From Phoronis australis (taxonomy: Eukaryota; Animalia; Phoronida), in contig NMRA01000131.1 of NCBI GenBank assembly GCA_002633005.1, forward strand, positions 173,798-237,797: DNA of 64,000 bases, in the 5' to 3' direction. Below, one piece after another: positions 13,001 to 25,547 of this stretch (position 1 is the first letter of the stretch; every line of letters starts with the position of its first letter). The notes under the pieces are model-generated. The model searched no databases, was not told where the DNA came from, and was given only the letters and a program-made list of their open reading frames with translations. A program made the position numbers and the translations under genes.

Positions 13001-15764
13001 AAAGCAGTTGGAAAGTAGACACTTACCTCGAGTTTGTGCACAATTATTATGGAAAATGTTAAAACTTATTTTGAGTTTTGAGAGTAGACGCGAAAGGTTA
13101 CGAAATGTTTACCCAAGACGATGTAAGTTGATTCTGAACTTTTGTCATTGGGAACACACCCATCTATTATATTCAGTTAATACAAAATACAGAAAAAAAC
13201 TTAGTCTAATACTGGAATTTATTTACTTGAGTTTGCGATGTTGCGTCCGTCTCTCACAGACTTCAGCTTGGCTATTGGTGTTGCTATTGTTTTGGTCAAG
13301 CTGAAGTCCGTGAGAGACTGACAAAACGTCCCTTACTCAAGTAGCAAATTCCAGTATTTGACTTATTTTTCTGTTACCTCAACTGGATGTCTCAAAATTT
13401 TAATGCTTTTCTCAGTTAATACACCTTGATGAGTTTACGTATTTGTAGTTTTGAACTGATACAGTGAAGGAGTCAGCTCACTTCCACACAATAATCAGTA
13501 AGTCAAGGTCAACTAATCATTACTAACATAATGTTGATCTTGTTCAGTTCTTTTTGTTGTTTTATTTATGGTAATTCTCCACTAATTTCACTATATGTTT
13601 TCTTGATAATCATGACAGATTTCATAGTTGGCGGATGTAAAAAATTAATTGAGTAACCAAACATCGTCAAATGCCCATATGTGAATTTAACAAAATGTGG
13701 CCTATTTGTTGCAAATGTGGTCCAATTAACTGTCATTAATTAGTTACTTTATCTTATGCTAAGAGTACTTTACCCTGTCATTGGGGAAACTCTCTTTTGG
13801 GCATGTTGCTCTGACACTTGTCCAGGTGGCCGCTTTCAATGCATGTGAAGAACAGCATGAGATATACCATATAAACGGATGAATTCAAGAACCATTAAAA
13901 AAAAAACTTGGGTATGGGTGAATTGACCCACACCACCTCAAGTCTATGGGCAGGACCTATGGGCCAATTTGCAGGACCTATGGGCCTATTTGCAGAACCT
14001 ATGGGCCATGTTAATTTTTATCCTTTTTCCCCCTCCAGTCACAGTATGTCAATGAAATTATTTTTGTTCCAATGATGCAAGTTGCACTCCTAAAATTATA
14101 CCTGTGAATTAAGTGCTTAAATACAGGCTTTGTGCAAATATAGTGAGGCAAGAAACTCCCAACACATAGCCTCGAAATAAATTATCAAAAAATTTTTGAT
14201 GTGCCAAATGCGACGAGTGTGCGAAATAATTGAGCTGTTAATAACTTCAGAACAAAAAGGTATGCATTCATTTGAAAGTTGGTGCAAGTGGAGCTGTTAT
14301 GTATTATTAGTTTTTCTTTTGTTGCTATAACCGAACCTGAAGATTTGTTGTTAGAATATAATCAAAAGTGTTACATTACAGGGGTTTCGTGAGCCAGTTG
14401 CTGAAGCTGAGATAATCTATCCTAATAAACAAAGACCTGTCAACATGTCCAACCAGCCAACGTTGTCCCAGCCTCTTGGTGGAGTTGCGTCCGGACCCAG
14501 CAGCAGGAATCTGGGTGTGGTCCCTGCTGACGAGGGCTACAGAAAGCTGCAGCAGTGGCAAAACAAGTTTATTGTAAGTAGCTTCTTCTCCCAAGACTGC
14601 ATTCCTTAAGGGCATTTCTTGCAAGTTTGGTGAGATATAATTGAAAACTTCATACCAGTTAAAATTCTCCAATTTGGAACAGTCTCTAGAATTTGAAACA
14701 CCGATATTGCAGTAAGCGTATTGCCAAAATCGTGCGTTTTCTTTGAAGGACATGCCCTTGTATTCTAATGTAATGCCATACAAGGTTTCACAGTAATTGC
14801 TTTTTCTTGCCAATGTCTTGGATCATGGAACAGGTCTCTGGCTTATAGTAAACCATTAGTTTTGTCTCAATAAAGAATTGTTGTTACTAGATTAAAGTTG
14901 GTGGACCAGAGTTTGAAAAATTAAGACAGCTAAGATTCATATTAAACTAAATTCATAGTATTTGATAAATCACAACGAATCATGATATTTGGCTGGTTGA
15001 ATAAAATCCTCCATATTGCATGTTCTTGAATTCTGAAACATTAATCGCTTGGAAAAATTAATCAAGGTGGTTGTAAAATGTGGGCCTGATTAATATCTGT
15101 GAATGCAAAGACACGGGGCTTTGAGGATTTCTTACATCCAGATCAAGGATCAGGATTCTTTTTTGATGTATAACATATGGAAAACGTTTTTATTTGAATT
15201 TAAGCTGCCTTCTCATGAATCTTGGGTCCAACAGTTTGAAGATGTTGTACTGCTTTTTGTCCTTTCATTATTGTGAGGTGGAGTACTGTACAAAAGCTCT
15301 GTAGCCCACTTCAATGCTCAAAAGATTGGAATAATTTTGTGCATACAAACACTAGGAATTAATGGCAGTTTATGACTTTATTTGTTATTTTCATGAAAAA
15401 TTATGTAAACGTGCATGGGTGGAGTTAGGCCCCCTTCCAGGCACTTCCAAAAAGCTGTTGACATTCAGTTTTTCTTTGAAAATTGTAGTGAACCCTCTTG
15501 CCACACCCTAGATCCACCTGTCAATTTCCACCTATTGTGTCTATCATACAGTGTTGTTAAATTCAATTTTGATTGTTATGCTGGGGACCAGATACAATGT
15601 TAAATTGTGTTATTATTTTTCAGGCTGATGATGGTCTTCTTGTATGGCAGAAACTTCCTCGTGACCGTATGATGTACAGGGGCTGTCTAGGCTTGCTGGC
15701 TGCTGGCATGGGTCTCGCTGTCTACCAGCTAGTCACTTGGTCCTTGCCAAAGAAGAATGATTAA
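10021..15764 (+). CDS. COX7A2L: Cytochrome c oxidase subunit 7A-related protein (COX7A2L/COX7RP/SCAF1-type), 134 aa, exons 10021-10092, 14382-14573, 15624-15764
   Basis: MFYKFNSFSQKLGSATQVSAYLSK/GFREPVAEAEIIYP...YRKLQQWQNKFI/ADDGLLVWQKLPRDRMMYRG-TM-SLPKKND. The N-terminus resembles vertebrate COX7A2L (MYYKFSGFTQKL...QGLKP). Both introns are phase-0 GT-AG. Candidate polyA signals near 15896 and 16507. Confidence 0.85.
10900..11058. mobile_element. Small MITE-like inverted repeat
   Basis: taaactttttcttccaacagtcctttgttcaattgcccaaat is mirrored by atttgggcaactgaacgaaggactgcttgaagaaaaagttag. It is nested inside a larger inverted pair (about 10423-10505 and 11090-11160). Confidence 0.6.
11532..12811. 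mobile_element. Non-autonomous DNA transposon with 6-bp TSD (hAT-like)
   Basis: TIRs CAGAGATATAC and GTATATCCCTG. CATCTG is duplicated on both flanks (11526-11531, 12812-12817). Subterminal tcgccc/ggcgag motifs occur at both ends. Confidence 0.75.
13951..14008. repeat. Short tandem repeat, about 21 bp x 3
   Basis: caggacctatgggccaatttg repeated about three times. Confidence 0.8.
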
Positions 15765-18700
15765 TGATTGTTAAGTGTAAGTTGAGGCTGTTAGTGTCAT
15801 GGTTTCTTGCTGGAACGTGTGTCTGTACGGACACTTGTATGTCGTGTTTGTAAACAATATTTTCGTAACTTTGTAGTTAAGTTTGTGTGCCCGTGATTAA
15901 AATGTTATCTTCATCTTGAAATGTCTAAGTAAGTAGCATCTGTCAACCCGCAAATGTGTTTGTTTTCTGAAACTAGGAATCAACGTTACTAAATACCAAA
16001 TATGTGATCGCGGGCTACATTTGGTAGCTTATTACTTAGTGACAGTTTGGCACATCATCCATTGTTTATTCCTCCCAGTTTTGCAAGGGACCAGGTCATG
16101 TTCTGATTCTGTCCACGTGTCTGTTTTTCAGGTTAGGTCATTTTGTTAAAGGTTGATTGGAATCATAGATGCAGAGTTGATGAAGTGCTGTGTGTGTCTG
16201 TGGAGTATTTATCAAGGACAAGATGTAGTCTGTGTAGTCACCATTGTGTCACTTAACAGGAACAGTGCAGGCATGAAATTGTGCATGTTTCTTGAGCATT
16301 ACCTTCAACTGTGAATGGAGCAGTTATATACCTCAGGAGCAGTTAACAATGTAATTCTTCTGTTGGGTTTCCAATTTTTTATCGCCAGCATTTTTCTGTC
16401 CATCTGACGGAAGTGTTATGTTTTAGTTGAAATCTAGCTGTTTATTTAAGTTTGGTATTTAGTAAACATCTGGTTAAATTATTGAACATGTACAAAGAAA
16501 AGAAGAATAAACTGTCTTCTCTGTATTTTGCTGGTCTTATTTTATAGTGGCGGTATTTTACCAAGGTCCCCAGATGTTACTACGTTAAATGTAGTGGGTG
16601 TACAGGTAGGCCAGGTGCTCCTCTCATGGGAAAACATTCTGACTTGATGAAGATAACCTTTCACATTGTAAAGGAACTTAGTTTAAGCATTTTACACGTG
16701 AAATGTTTCTCATGGTAAAACCACAATAAGTTATAAGTTACATGTGATCATAGATTATATAGTCTATGATGTGATCGATGAGCCTGGGGGAGGTGCGACA
16801 TGGTGCGTGGATGTATGCATGTTTATGCACAGCATGCAAGTGAAGCCTCTAATGAAGTGAACACACCTGGCATGTGTTCAGTAATACTAGAACCTATGGT
16901 AGGACCTAGCTAAAATTTAACTAAAGTCCCGTGCTCTTACTTAAAATACAGGGAAGTATCTCGGGGTAATCTGGCGAAGCCTGGCTTTTTAGTGAAGTCC
17001 TAGCGTTACTGTCTTTGCAAAACATTTTAGGCGATTGTTTGGCAGCGCAGGTTACCTCCATAACCAAAGATTGAAGTTTTTTGTCTTAAGAGTATTAATA
17101 TTAGTCCCATGAAACTTTGTGTTTATTGATCGTAGAATCTTTTTGTCCCAAGAATTTATACATAGTCGTATATAATCTTTCTATGTGAACAAAAATAATG
17201 ACCAAATTATCGCAGACGTGTGACTGCGTTTTTAATTTTTTTACAGTCAAATTATTTACCCAGAAGTCGTATTATTGGTGGATGTGGCTGTGGTTGGGTG
17301 TCTCTTGCTACATATCCTTACAATATAAATAATGCATCAAACACAACCTGAATTGAACGTTAATGACGTGTCACGTGACTCAAGGCGGGAACTTCATAAC
17401 CTGACCGAAAATCCACTTAACCATGGTCTGCAGCCATTGACCGTCGAAAACGTTCAATTTATTGTACTAAGTACTCGATTGTGTCTCGTGAAATTCGCTT
17501 GATAATTCACTACTTGCACGCTTTGTAGGCGCTGCCAAAATGATTGTGCATTGTTGTTAAGGGCACAGTTCCTCGTGCATCAGTTATAACAACGCAAACG
17601 TGAAAGCGTGCGTGTTCCAAACATGCAGAACCATTTGTAGTTCGGACACAACACCTCGTTTTCAATCATAATCATTATGATTCGCCATTATTAATGGCGA
17701 ATTCGTGCATGTGTGAATAGGGTATAATGCTTGGAAGGAAGAAATGTTTGCTTGACTTTAACCATTTCAGAGGTGGATCTACAAGGGGGGGTTCAAACCC
17801 CCCTCGGGACAGGATCAAAAATATAAATTAAAAAAAATCGCCAAAAAAACAAAATTAGTTACTAAAAACCAAAAAAATCTTACACGGTACGGGGAACCCC
17901 TCCCGACCTTCCCTCCGCGCGGCGCTACCCGCCACTGCATTTTTAAATGGTGCAATGGAAAAAGGAACTATAAAGGTTGCTGGACGCGAATTCAAGCAAA
18001 ATCGAATTTTTCGTATTTTATACATCATATGAATCATGATCCGGGTACAAAAAATCCCTAAAGCCGCGTGCATTCTCTAATACTGACTGCGAAAACATAA
18101 GTGTCCTCAGCTAGAACAAAGCCCAGGTCCGCGGCGATAATTGGGAATGCAAAGACGCGGTTTTCGGGATTTTTGTACTCAGATCAAAGATCATGCATTC
18201 TGCTATTTGCCTCGCGGAATATGCTCGGAATATGGAGAATCTTTTAATTTTCGGGATTTTTGTACTCAGATCAAAGATCATGCATTTATTTTTAAAGGTA
18301 TTCTCTATTTGCCTCGTGGAATATGAAGAAACTTTTAAATGGTATGTAGGCTCTCGTAATACGTTACTGCTTTTGAATGCTATATAGGCTCGCATAATAC
18401 GTTACTGCTTTTGGATGGTATGTAAGCTCCCATAATACTTTACTGCACTGTGTACATGTATTTAAGAGTGACTCCATATAAAAACCAACAGGTAGAGTCT
18501 ATACCCAAAATCACCGATTTTTTTGAAACTTAGCACATGAGTTTGGTTTGTTGAGAAGTAGAAAAACCTCACTTTTTAAGAATTTTCATTCATTATTTTT
18601 CTTTTTATGACCTGTGCCTCCATTTTGCAACAAAATTGGGCGTCGAAGTAGGCATGTTTGAATGCATTTTACTAGCATGTATGATACGGTCAAAACAAAT

Positions 18701-19145
18701 GAATAATACCAATTGAAAGGGCAATGGCTGAATAATTTAATGGCATAACTTTCAAAATCCATTTTTAAATTTATACGTTTTGAATTTGTGAGGCAAAAAC
18801 GGCTATTTTTCAGATTTTCACTGAAGCCATTTNCGCTCTGGGGTACGTTCGGAGGCACGGGTGACAGTAGATGAAGTGCCTCCACTGGCTCCAGTCACTG
18901 TACTGGCCACAGCTCGCGAGGCTTCTCGCTTCAAATACGCACTTCTCGAGGGTGGCGACGGGGCACTGCCGGGAATCAACACAGTTATAACAACGCAAAC
19001 GTGAAAGCGCGCGTGTTCCAAACATGCAGAACCATTTGTAGTTCGGACACAACACCTCGTTTTCAATCATAATGGCGAATTCGTGCATGTGTGAACAGGG
19101 TATAATGCTTGGAAGGAAGAAATGTTTGCTTGACTTTAACCATTT

Positions 19146-19363
19146 CAGAGATGGATCTACAAGGGGGGGTTCAAACCCCCCTCGGGACAGGATCAAAAAT
19201 AAAATTTTAAAAAAATCACAAAAAAAAATTAGTTACTAAAAACCAAAAAAATCTTACACGGTACGGGGAAACCCCCCTCCCGACCTTCCTTCCGCGCGGC
19301 GCTATCCGCCCCGGATTCGCTCGAATCCTAAACCTCCTTACCGAAAACGTAGATCCGCCACTG
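19146..19363. mobile_element. MITE with 5-bp TSD (internally deleted copy at 17768-17937)
   Basis: TIRs CAGAGATGGATCTAC and GTAGATCCGCCACTG, flanked by CATTT on both sides. Confidence 0.75.
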
Positions 19364-19766
19364 CATTTTTAAATAGTGCAATGGATAAGGGAACTATAAA
19401 AGATGCTGGACGCGAATTCAAGCAAAGTCGAATTTTTCGTATTTTATACAGCCTATGAATCATGATCCGGGTACAAAAAAATCCCCAAAGCCGCTTGCAT
19501 TCTCTAATACTGACTGCGAAAACATAAGTGTCCTCAGCTAGAACAAAGCCCAGGTCCGCGGCGATAATTGGGAATGCAAAGACGCGGTTTTCGGGATTTT
19601 TGTACTCAGATCACAGATCATGCATTCTGCTATTTGCCTCGTGGAATATGCTCGGAATATGGAGAATCTTTTAATTTTCGGGATTTTTGTACTCAGATTA
19701 AAGATCATGCATTTATTTTTAAAAGTATTCTCTATTTGCCTCGTGGAATATGAAGAAACTTTTAAA

Positions 19767-19990
19767 TGGTATGTAGGCTCGCATAACACGTTACTGCTTT
19801 TAAATGGTATGTAGGCTCGCATAACACGTTACTGCTTTTGAATGGTATATAGGTTCGCATAACACGTTACTGCTTTTGAATGGTATGTAGGCTCGCATAA
19901 CACGTTACTGCTTTTAAATGGTATGTAGGCTCGCATAATACGTTACTGCTTTTGGATGGTATGTAAGCTCCCATAATACTTTACTGCACT
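19767..19990. repeat. 38-bp minisatellite
   Basis: tggtatgtaggctcgcataacacgttactgcttttaaa, about 6 copies, no spacers. Confidence 0.9.
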
Positions 19991-22922
19991 GTGTACATGT
20001 AATTAATACGTAATTTCCAGCACAAGTGCTGGACCAGAGTTAGGCGAATAAGAGCAATTTAAACCGAATTTTGTGTGCGTTAACTTATACATCGAAACGA
20101 ATCATGAGGATGCGACTGTATCCGCAGCATCACTTTAAACTAGCTGTAAAGCATAGTGTTATTGTATTGGTCGGTGTCATTGGAACATGCACTTAATTCC
20201 AGATATTGGCGCAGCTTTGTTCTGATAAAGGCGCTTGGGCCTATGTAATTTCCGCATATATTCGGTAATGAAGTGCAACTTGAAAAAGGCCCTATAAGCC
20301 AGTTTTGGACGTCCCTGGTTCCCTCCATGTTTTCAGCTGTGAAAGGGAAAATTGCAAAGCACTAGAAAAGATAAGGCTGGTAACACTTACACCATGAAGC
20401 AAACTCACGGTTTAAATCAATTCCACGAGTTCATGGCCTCACTGCCGAGACTAAATTTCGGGAACCTGGACTTCGGACACACGATATCGCCATTTCTGAA
20501 GCAACGTCGTTGTTTTCAACAAATTGTGTTGCAGTCTCTCTTACCTTAATAATATTGGTTCCGTCACGGACGTTTGTTGTCTGTAGCTTCTGTCACTGTG
20601 ACACGTTCTTCAAGACTCCTGCATATACTAGCGCTACATACGTATCTACTAAAAACATCAATGGTTGCTCCCATTTTGGTTGTTTATATATGTTATATAT
20701 TGCTAGTTAGTACTTGAGGAAAGAAAGAACCGGGAGGAGATCACCAATTGTTTCAACGGAAAGTGAAACGTGAGGTGCCCCCCCTCCCTCTGCATCATCC
20801 TAGATCAGTGAAAGAGTGGTGGCCGGGTCAGAAACTTAGGAGTTGTAGTGTATGACCTTACCTATAGATGCCGCAGCAAACATATCTCCATTACCTTGTT
20901 TTGATTCAACACGTACTGGAATATCTGGGAAAGAGTTACATTAACAAACTACGATTTTCTCGCTTTGACGCCTTGAATACGCGGTCTGGTAACTGTAGGA
21001 TAAATCATGTGGTCGTTAAAGGTATCTTTTTACGTTTTTTTAGCTCGGTAAAAAGTATTACGTCCTGATTTTGGAAAATGTAACGGCCGGCGGCAATGAG
21101 CGTAATAAAACTTCGGAAACTCGATTTTGGCAGTCGGGTTAGTGCGCCAAATGCTCCGGTGCCAGCAGTTGAGAATAGATCGCTGTGGGAAGGTCGACAA
21201 ATCCCAACGTTATGCAAGTGTTGCAGAATATATATCTTCGCCTCAGAACTGACCTCATAGATGTTCTCGTTTGAGCTGAAGGGGATTGACCCAGATCATT
21301 AACCAGTCTGGCTATATCAGCAAAAAATCTTTGATACTATAGGGCAAAGGAAAACAATTGCGTATTGGCTGGGGTTTTTCAATGCTCTTGAGTTTCAGCA
21401 TATTGCGTGAACTGGTCTGAAGAAAAACATTAGTGAAGTTCAATCATAACTTTAGACCTACCCATGACAAGTGCCCGCGGCGGCAGCCGCGTATCGTACG
21501 TAACAAGATCGGCTTTCGCGACAGTTCAGCGCCGGACGAACAAGAAAAGTTACGGTTGACTGAAACTTGTTGTAAAAGTGACGCCGTAACGCGAGGTCAT
21601 TTCGGAAAGGAGACATTAGTGGTCAGTACGTTCTTCCGCCTATCCCACGTACACCTGGGTCCCGTGGCCGGAATGCGGCGTGACGGCCGGGAAGCGGCAG
21701 CTCGATCGATCAGATCGACAAACCAAAAAACAATTAAACACCACGATCCCATAGACTTACAACTACAAGACGTTCGTGATTGAACCAGCTCATCTATAGA
21801 ATATCGGTCTGATTGACCTTCCTGTTGACTGATGGTCTCAAATTTCAGATTTGTGTTTTTTTTTTGTTCTCTGAGCGTACGCACGTCAGTGATTCTGAGA
21901 TCTCATCACATTGTCTATATTGAAAAAAATCCTGTTGCACAATGATGCACCCGATCATCTCTTTATGGGCAGCTGTTGAGAGCTCCGGGTTAACATTCAG
22001 AATAATCCCAGCTCAAGGGTGCCTTTTCTGGAACAACCTGCATCGTCTGTCAAGACGTAGTCGGGTAGGGACCTACTTCCCCATCAACCCATCATGTAAA
22101 CGGTCACACTAAGTTCTGATGTAGCGGTACAGTTCTCAGGCAGTTATCTTTTTATTCGCACCGTACCATAATACTCTGCTGTTCGCATTCACATCTCGGT
22201 AAGTCACGCCATCATGGCAGAAAATGCCATACTCAAACCGGCGTCACAAGTTCAGCGAACTGCGTGCGTAGGAGGTTAATCTGTCTCATGTGGAACAGGT
22301 CAGGCTCAGTGAGCTAGAGGGGATGGGGGCCGGGGGGCTCGATCGAACCCTCCCTCCACTCCGCGGAAAGTCCAGCCTGCCTGCTCACGTATCCGCTTCT
22401 GTACTTCAAGTAAAAGTGTATGTTCATGTATGCGTTTCCATTCATTTAAATTTAGCTTGCCTGCTATGTTAGTTACCATACTACTGGCCCCTGATTTTCT
22501 CAGTAAAATCAAACGTTTAGCCGTGTTTTCATGCGGAAAAGTCCGACGGGGACACGGCTGCCTGTTCACACTATTTAAGTAGGCTTAAGACTATTAACAA
22601 GTCTTTGGTCGATAAAAATGATCCTCAGCTGAGTGTCAATGGTGCACGGCCTCTCAGAATGAGCACTGAACTGACTCGATGTGCTGTATGAGGTGTCCAA
22701 CGCCAGAATTCTGCAAAAATATGTTAAAAATTATCGCTCGTCACTCACTGTTGAACTCCTTAGGGCTCCCGAAAAAGGTACAGGGTCGACGCCAGTTTTT
22801 GCGAAATGTCATCAACATGGAGTAATATATTGGTCCTAGTCAACACCGAGAGGTCCACTGTTTTAGAAATTCGAACCACCCTTGGGTAAGCTGGCTACAG
22901 GCCCGGTAACTATTGTCTGCTC

Positions 22923-23991
22923 ATGGTAATGTTTGAGTGCCACGATGTTCAGCCGGTTTACGGGATAATACCCTTTATGCGAGCATATGGAACATGAGGA
23001 CGACATTACGTTGGATAAATACACCACATCACACATTATACTAGTATTTGGCACTTTTGGAACCAAGGCATTACCCCCCTACACAATGTGATCATCGTTC
23101 ACAGGTAGTGTCGGTGCAAGCGAGTAGGCAGCTGCGATGTGCACTTCGACGTTCGTTTCAGTCGTCGACTTTGAAGCACGCGACAAAACCACTGGGCATT
23201 GTCCCGGATAATCCTACATACAAGAAGTTGCAGGAAAGACAAAGGTTGATGACGGTGGGTAAAGAAAGTTCTGTTAGTATATATCATTTATTGTACATAG
23301 TAGGCATTGCCTACACATACATTAATTTAAATCTCGATGTATATTCAGAGTATTTACACAGAGAGCAGTTCTTCACTGAAGTCTGAATATACAATGCTGT
23401 CTTGATTTTTGTGTTGGAATAACCTAACAAGAGAAGAGTTAACAATCACAAGCCCCGGTTGAAGATTTTTTAAGGTCTCCAAGAACAGGACATCGACATG
23501 GAATGAAGTTCATCCCAGATTGCATGTGCCGCATATTCTCTCACTTCTAGGAATACTCTTATATCTACATTTCTCCTAGTCTATACTAAGTGAGTGACCT
23601 GAACATTGAAACTGCAAGTATTCTTCTCGAATAAGCGCTTAAGCAATTCAAATGTTGCTCGCTGACAAGATCACGTTTAATAAGACTATAAAATTCATAT
23701 TTATTTGAGTTACCTATTTCCATAATCTGTTAAAGGTTGTCTCCTCTGTCGTGAAATCATGTTAATACATAAAAATACATTTAATTTGTGGAATATTTAT
23801 TGAACGCTGCGCCCCGGTTCTATTTATAGCGAGACGACGGACTGCTGGTGTGGCAGAAAGGTGGCGCAAGAGACATGATGTTCTACCGAGGTAGCCTAGC
23901 ACTAGTCGTGTTTGGACTGGTGATGGCCGTTAGAATGATATACTTGATGTCCGTCCCTCCTGAATGGAGAGGGGTGAAGACAGAGGACTAA
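22923..23991 (+). CDS. COX7A: Second cytochrome c oxidase subunit 7A paralog (short type); exons 23105-23254 and 23830-23991; first exon uncertain (candidate ATG|GTAATG at 22923-22925)
   Basis: VVSVQASRQLRCALRRSFQSSTLKHATKPLGIVPDNPTYKKLQERQRLMT/RDDGLLVWQKGGARDMMFYRGSLALVVFGLVMAVRMIYLMSVPPEWRGVKTED*. Arg/Ser-rich presequence-like N-terminus, same phase-0 intron as the upstream paralog, one TM helix. Confidence 0.82.
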
Positions 23992-25547
23992 GAAAGTGAT
24001 GTTCTGGTCGGCGCCAAATAATTTTTAGAGTTCCGCCAGAAAGGGTTACTAACACTTTATATGCAGTTTCTTGGTGTGAGTAAAATGTTGTGACAGATCT
24101 GAGGAATGATCATAGTGACTGATGGACTCCATGCATCCGCCGGCGGTGAAAATTTATGTTATCATGCTTTATATATCATATTTATAGGCAACAAACATGT
24201 GTGGCTTTTACGCCAACTTTAGAAAATAAAAGCTTCATTCCTCTTTCTGTCTGATCACTGCTGGTAAAGCCACTGAATACCGTTGCCAAGGGAGCATACA
24301 CTTTTTACCCTTCCCCTTGTCATCACCCGTCATTATACAATTTGTCGTCTAGCCCCTAATTACGTCATCACAGCCAACCGCCTGGTTTAGAAGAACAGGG
24401 TGTCATCGTTATGATCAGCGGTGGCAAAGTCAGTACATGTAATGTGTCTTTATGATCGTAAGTTGCATTTGCCGCTGTTGTGTTCAGCACTGAAATAAAG
24501 TACGCCATTTGTGAGAATCGTAGGGAGGGGAAAACAAAATATTTAATAAGAGCGCCCAGCTGTTTATGCGCCCACATACGTACTATAATTATACGTGGGT
24601 GTATATGTTGTCGCTCTGTCCGAGCGTCCTTCGTCTGCTGCTGTGTGTCATATGACCAAGGAACAAGTTGATACAGATTTTTTATGTTCGGAATATGTCC
24701 CGAAAATAATAGGTGCGTCGCAAGCTCCGTTTCCAGAGATACAAAGGAGACCGTGTATAGGCGATATAAGGTCATTTATTATGACTGATAAGGTACAGAA
24801 ATATGAGTGTACAAATAACATAAAGATAAAATAATAATCTCTGGAAAGATGGGCAATAAAAAGCGCCACGATATAGCGGTAGGCTAAGTGGGCTAAATCA
24901 AAATTTCGCTTCAACGGAACGCAGTTTCATAATCGCTTAAAAAGTATAAACATGAACAAAAAACCAACTCATTTAGACACGTGTATACAAGAATTGAAGT
25001 ATAGCTGGTGTCACTGTAAATGCTAATGACTAATTTGCCATTCCTTTGAGAAAACGCATTATTTCGCATGGCTACACTCGTGTTCAACCTGGGAGTAATA
25101 TACATCGATATTGGTCCTAGGTTCAACCGAGTACCTGGAGATGTTTTATGCAGTATTACACTCGTGGCCGCCCGCCTTGGGGTTCGTGCTCTAAGACGTT
25201 CTTTGAACCCGTTACAACTGATAATTCCCCATTGTCGCAAAAACGCGTTAAACTTTAAGTATCATCCGAATTTGCCGGCATGTGGAGGAAATATGAAAAC
25301 AAAACTACATTAGTCCTTACAGCTTACAATATTGTGTTTTCTAAGTGACGCTTGGAGCACCTGCAAACCCTTCAACTGACCCAAATCGTCCATTGTACTT
25401 ATAAGTCATTGACCCCCGCCCCCTTCACACCTCAACTCGCTGACGTCATTTTTTCACTGGTTGAACATTATAAACGTTGAATTGAAACCATGTGAAAAAG
25501 CGACATGGGTCATTAAAATTTTCAGTGCTGATGGATTCAAGATTTAA

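Larger units (their letters stand above)
17581..20000. repeat. Direct duplication of about 0.9-1.0 kb (17581-18460 and 18983-20000) spanning an assembly N at 18833
   Basis: Near-identical copies that differ by indels. Each holds a MITE and a 38-bp tandem array (about 3 versus 6 units). Confidence 0.9.

Noticed and set aside
14376-14813. 145-aa minus-strand ORF
   Set aside because: Overlaps COX7A2L exon 2 in antisense and has no recognisable motif.
19767-19990. CRISPR-like 38-bp repeats
   Set aside because: Head-to-tail units without unique spacers, in eukaryotic DNA with no cas genes. It is a minisatellite.
15624-23254. Apparent scrambled exon order or trans-splicing of COX7A (a middle exon downstream of a last exon)
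   Set aside because: Each exon has its own partners (14382-14573 and 23830-23991), so these are two tandem paralogs.
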